Shown here one piece after another: positions 57,230 through 64,000 of a stretch of 64,000 nt of DNA; position 1 is the stretch's first letter; each line of letters starts with the position of its first letter. Made by a program: the position numbers and the translations under genes. Below the pieces are notes generated by a model. That model saw only the letters and a list, made by a program, of their open reading frames with translations. It did not search any database and was not told where the DNA came from. Origin of the DNA: the human T2T-CHM13v2.0 reference genome, Homo sapiens. Location: the NCBI RefSeq assembly GCF_009914755.1, contig NC_060946.1; one strand, written 5' to 3'.

Positions 57230-58960
57230 GTCAGATCTGACTATGGGGGCTTAGTGACATATCTCTGCACTGATCACTCATGTGATGTAACGCTTGTCTA
57301 AGCTGCACCTAAAGGGGAATTGTGTTAGATATCTCCACTGATCACCCAGTTGATGTAAAAATTTTGTGTGATTTGTCTACAGGGTGCTTTGTGACATATC
57401 TTTGTACTGATCACCCAGGAGATGTAACACTTGTCTAGGCTCTGCCTGTAGGGGCTTTGTGACATATTTCTGTTCTGATCACCCAGGTGATGTAACTCTT
57501 GTCTAGGCTCCACCTACTGGGGTTATTGTGACGTATCTCTGCACTGATCAGCCAGGTGATGTAACATTTATCTAGGATCTGACTACAGGGGGATTTTGAC
57601 ATAGCTCTGCACAGATCACCTAGGTTATGTTACTCTTTTCCACTCTCTGCCTACAGGGGGCATTGTGAAATATCTCTGCACTGATCACCCAGGTGATTGG
57701 ACTTTTCTCAATACTCTGCCTAGAGGGGATTTTTGACATATCTCTGCACTGGTCACCAAGGTGATGGAAGTCTTTTCGAGGCTCTGTCTATGGGGGCATT
57801 TTGACAAATATCTGCACTGATCACCCAGGTGATGTAACTCTTGTCTAGGCTCTGTCTACAGAAATTTTTGTGACATATCACTGCAGTGATCACCTAGTTG
57901 ATGTAAGCCATGTATGGGCTTTGCCTACAGGAGGCTTTGTGACATATCTATGCACTGATCTCTGAGGTGATGCAACTCTTGTCTAGGCACTGCCTACATG
58001 GGATATTGGTACATATCTCTGCACTGATCACCCAGGTGATGGACTCTTGTCTTAGATCTGCCTACATGGACATTGTGACACATCTCTGAACTGATCAACC
58101 AAGTGATGAAACTCTTGCCTATTCTCTGCCTTCAGGGGCTTTGTGACACATCTATGCACTGATCACCCTCGGGAGGAAACTCTTGTCTATGCTCTGCCTA
58201 CAGGAGGCTTTATGACTTATACCTGCACTGATAACCTAGTTGATGTAACACTTGTCTAGACTCTGCCTACACGAGAATTCTCACATATCTCTGCACTGAT
58301 CACCCGGGTGATGTAACTCCTTTCTAGGTTCAGCCTACAGGAGCGTTTTGACATATCTCTGTACTGATCACCCAGGTGATGAAACCCTTGTCTAAGCTCT
58401 GCCTACAGTGGCATTGTGACAGAACTCTCCACTGCTCACCCAGGTGATGTAACAATTGTCTGGGCTTTGCCTACAGGGGGCTTTGTGATATACATTTCCA
58501 CTGATCAAACAGGTGAGGTAACCCTTGTCAAGGTTCTGCTTACAGGGGCTTTGTGACATATCTGTGCACTGATCACCCCAGGGAGGAAACACTTTTCTAA
58601 TCTCTGCCTATCGGAGGCTTTACGACTTATCCCTGCATTGATCACTAGGTGATGTAACACTTGTCTAGGCTCTCTCTACACGGGAGTTTTCACCTATCTC
58701 TACACTGACCACCTAAGTGATGTAACCCTTGTCTAGTTGGAGCCTACTGGGGATTTCTGACATACCTATGCACAGATCACCGAGGTGATGTAAATCATTT
58801 CCAGGCTTTTTGTACAGGGGACATTGTGATATATCTCTGCACTGATCACCCAAATAATGCAAATCTTCTCTAGGTTCCACAGGGAGGGGGCATTGTGACA
58901 TATTTCTGAACTGATCATCCAGGAGATGTAACTATTCTCCAGGCTTTGACTAAAGAGCGT
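57230..58960 (+). repeat. Beta satellite (68-bp Sau3A/BSR), ~25 monomers
   Basis: Tandem ~68-bp monomers similar to CTAGGCTCTGCCTACAGGGGGCATTGTGACATATCTCTGCACTGATCACCCAGGTGATGTAACTCTTGT, with a GATC site in most monomers. Confidence 0.95.
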
Positions 58961-59066
58961 CGCAAGGTTTTGGGAGAGCCTCAGCCGGAATTTCTCAGAC
59001 AGACAAGGGCACAGAGAGGCCAGCGGTCTCCTTCCACATCAGCCGGGGTGTGCAATGAGTGCAGGT
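58880..59066 (-). other. Homologue of DUX4 exon 3 / pLAM, lacking the ATTAAA poly(A) signal
   Basis: Acceptor CCTGGCTAG|ACCTGC (AG at 59,068-59,067), followed by ...GTTACATCTCCTGGATGATCAGTTCAGAAATATGTCACAATGCCCCCTCCCTGTGG, collinear with the recalled 4qA pLAM sequence. Confidence 0.75.
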
Positions 59067-59425
59067 CTAGCCAGGAGGCCAGCAAAGAGAGCTAGATGTC
59101 TGTGTTCCACCGCCAGGCTCTCCATGGTGGCAGCTGTGAGGCTGCAGGGGCACAGGCTGGCCGGCGATGGTGGTGCGGAGGTGCAGAGGAGGCGAGCCGC
59201 CGGAGGGGTGTCAGACCTGGATGCTGCGTGAGCTCGGTGTTTCACCGGACGTGGGTATCCACCCAGCCCATGGGAGGACGCAATTTCCGGGGGTGGGATT
59301 TGGGGGTGGGGTGGGGCTGGTCAGGCGGGGGTGTTGTTGTGGAAAGGCATGAGAGCTCTGCCTGGGCTGCTCCCACAGCCCAGGCGGCTGCCCGTAAACC
59401 CACGCATGCGCAGTAGGTGGCCCAC

Positions 59426-59517
59426 TTGCTGGAACATGGGTCGGCTCTGAGATCCCCGGGATGCTCAGGAAAGAATGGCAGTTCTCCGCTGTGTGTACTC
59501 TCTCACCGGGCCTAGAC
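59426..59517 (-). other. Homologue of DUX4 non-coding exon 2 (92 bp)
   Basis: Acceptor TTCCTGCCTTCTAG|GTCTAGGCCCGGTGAG (AG at 59,519-59,518) and donor CAGCAA|GTGGGC (GT at 59,425-59,424). Confidence 0.7.
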
Positions 59518-59657
59518 CTAGAAGGCAGGAATCCCAGGCCTGTCAGCCTGGTGGAGGGGGCTGGGGGAAGACACGCCCCTCCATAGCCAGCCAGGTGTTC
59601 CCCACTAAAGAGAGGTCACTGCCCTGCCCCGACCCAACCCCATCCCAACTCTGTGAC

Positions 59658-61463
<1,806 letters not shown>

Positions 61464-61722
61464 TCATTGCCGGGACAGTCTCACACACGCAGGCGGGTGG
61501 ATCTCGTTCATTTCCACGTAGGAGACCAGAGCGAGACCCCAGAGAGGAGATGCCTCCCCAGCGTGATGGCCTGACGATGGATTCCCGTGTGCGGCAACAT
61601 GGGGAGTCTGCAGTGTGGCCGGTTTGGAAACTGGCAAGGAGAGCAAAGGCACCATGCTGGACTTCCACCCTTCCCTGCATGTTTCCCGGTGCCCGCAGAG
61701 CTCCGGGAGCAAACGGTCCGCC

Positions 61723-64000
61723 TTACACATCTCTGAACTGATCGACAAAGTGATGTAACACTTGTCTAGGCTCTGCCTACAGGGGCTTTTTGATATATCT
61801 CTGCACTGATCACCCACGTGATGGGAGTTTTGTCTAGGCTCTGCCTATGGGGGCATTGTGACATATCTCTACACTGATCACCCAGGTGATGTAACTCTGG
61901 TGTTGGATCTGCCTATGGTGGGAATTGTGACATATTTCTACACTGATCATCCAGGTGATGGGACTCTTGTCTAGGTTCTGTGTATGGGGGCTTTGCAACA
62001 TAACTCTGCACTGATTACCCAGGTGATGTAACGCTTGACTAGGCTCTGCCTATGGGGCATAGTGATATATCACTTCATAGATCACCGAGGTGATGTAACC
62101 CTTCTCCAGGCTCTGCATATAGGGGGCCTAGTGACATATCTCTGCACTGATCATCTAGGTGATGTAACACTTGCTTATGCTCTGCCTGCAGGGGCATTGT
62201 GAAATATCTCTGCACTGATCACCCAGGTGATGGGACTCTTCTCTAGGCTCTGCCTATTGGGGGCATTTTCACATATTTTTGCATTGATCACACAGGTAAC
62301 ATTATCTTTTATTGGATTTGCCTATAGGGGCATTGTGAGATATCACTGCCGTGATCACCCAGGTGATGTAATTTTGGTATAAGCTTTGCCTAAAGGGTCA
62401 TTGTGACAGATCTCTGCACTGATCACTCAGGTGATGTAACTATTGTCCAGGCTCTGCTTAAAGGGGCAATGTCACATACCTCTGCACTGATCACCCAGGT
62501 GATGTAACTCTTGTCTAGGCTCTGCTTACAGGGGGTATTGTGACATATCTCTGCATTGATCACCTAAGTGATGTAACACTTCTGTAGGCTCTGCCTACAG
62601 GGGCATTTTAACATATCTCTGCACTGTTAACCGAGGTGATGTAACTCTTGTCTAGGCTGTGCCCACAGTGGGACTGAGACATATCTCTGCACTGATTCCT
62701 AGGTGACCCAACTCTTGCCTGGTCTCTGCCTACTGGGGATATTGTGACATATCGCTGCACTGATCTCCCAGGTGCTGCAAATTTAGTCTAGGCTCTGGCT
62801 ACACGGCATTGTGACATATCACTGCACTTATCACCCAGGTGATATAACTCTTGTCTAGGTTCTACCTACAGGGTGCTTTGTGACATATACCTGCAATGAT
62901 CACCCAGGTGATGTACCACTTGTCAAGTCTCTGCCTACAGGGATATTGCGATGTATTTCTGCACTGATCACCTAGGTCATGTAACACTTGTCTCAGCTCT
63001 GCCTACAGTGGCATTGTGACATATCTCCGCACTGATCATCCAAGTGATGTAACTCTTGTCTAGGATCTGCCTAAAGGGACTTTGTGACATAACTCTACAC
63101 TGATCATCCAGGTGATGGGGCTTTTGTCTAGGCTCTGCCTAAGGGGACATTGTGACATGCTTCTGCACTGATCACCCAGGGGACGGACTCTTGTCTTGGA
63201 TGTGCCTATGGGGGCATTGTGACATATCTCTGCACTGATAACCCAGGTGCTGTAACTCTTTTCTAGTCTCCGCCTATAGAGGGCGTTTTGACATCACTCT
63301 GCATGGATCACCGGGATTATGTAACTCTTGTCTAGGCTCTGCCCATGGGGGTATTGTGAGTTATCTCTGCACTGATCACCCAGGAGATGTGACTTTTGTC
63401 TAAACTCTGCCTAGAGGGACACTGGGACATATCTCTGCACTGATCGCTGAGGTGATGTAAAATTTGTCTATGCTTTGCCTACAGTGGGATTTATGACATA
63501 TCTCTGCACTGATTACCCAGGTGATGTAACTATTGTGTTGGATCTGCCTATGGGGGCATTGTGACATATTTCTGCACTGATCACCCAGGTGATGGGACTC
63601 TTGTCTAGGCTCTGAGTATGGGGGCATTGTGACATATCTCTGCAATGACCACCCAGGTGATGGGACTCTTCTCTAGGCTCTGCCTACTGGGGGCATTGTC
63701 ACATATGTCTGCACTGATCACCCATGTGTCGGACGGTTGTCTTGGATTTGCCTATGGGGGCATTGTGACATATCTCTGTACTGATCACCCTGGTTATGTA
63801 ACTCTAGTTAAGCTCTGCCTAAAGGGGCATTGTGACATATCTCCGCACTGATCACTCAGGTGATATAACTATTGTCTAGGCTCTGCTTAAAGGGGCCTTG
63901 TCACCTATCTCTGCACTGATCACCCAGGTGATGTAACTCTTGTCTAGGCTGTGCTTACAGGGGGTATTGTGACATATCTCTGCACTGATCACCTAAGAGA
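61723..64000 (+). repeat. Beta satellite (68-bp), ~33 monomers; runs off the window end
   Basis: Same monomer and same orientation as 57,230-58,960. Confidence 0.95.

Overview
Primate (human-like) heterochromatin, not microbial DNA. The window has five blocks. (1) 1-~30,960: diverged, CpG-poor (CATTC/CACTC)n satellite of the HSat3 family. (2) ~30,961-57,229: classical Satellite III, (CATTC)n punctuated by ACTCGGGTTG, with alternating ~2.2 kb A/B subunits forming a ~4.4-4.6 kb higher-order repeat. (3) 57,230-~58,960: 68-bp beta satellite. (4) ~58,961-61,722: a single 5'-truncated D4Z4-like unit on the minus strand. It carries a frame-intact DUX4-like pseudogene (start codon lost, three TAG stops), DUX4 exon 2/exon 3 (pLAM) homologues and a TATAA promoter. 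The position of the FSHD poly(A) signal reads GTCACA instead of ATTAAA. (5) ~61,723-64,000: more beta satellite. This layout is typical of acrocentric short arms or pericentromeric regions, but the chromosome cannot be assigned from the sequence alone. The hundreds of HSIPF/MEWNG ORFs are artefacts of the pentamer repeat. Comparisons with DUX4, DUX5 and 4qA are from recalled reference sequence and need confirming by alignment.
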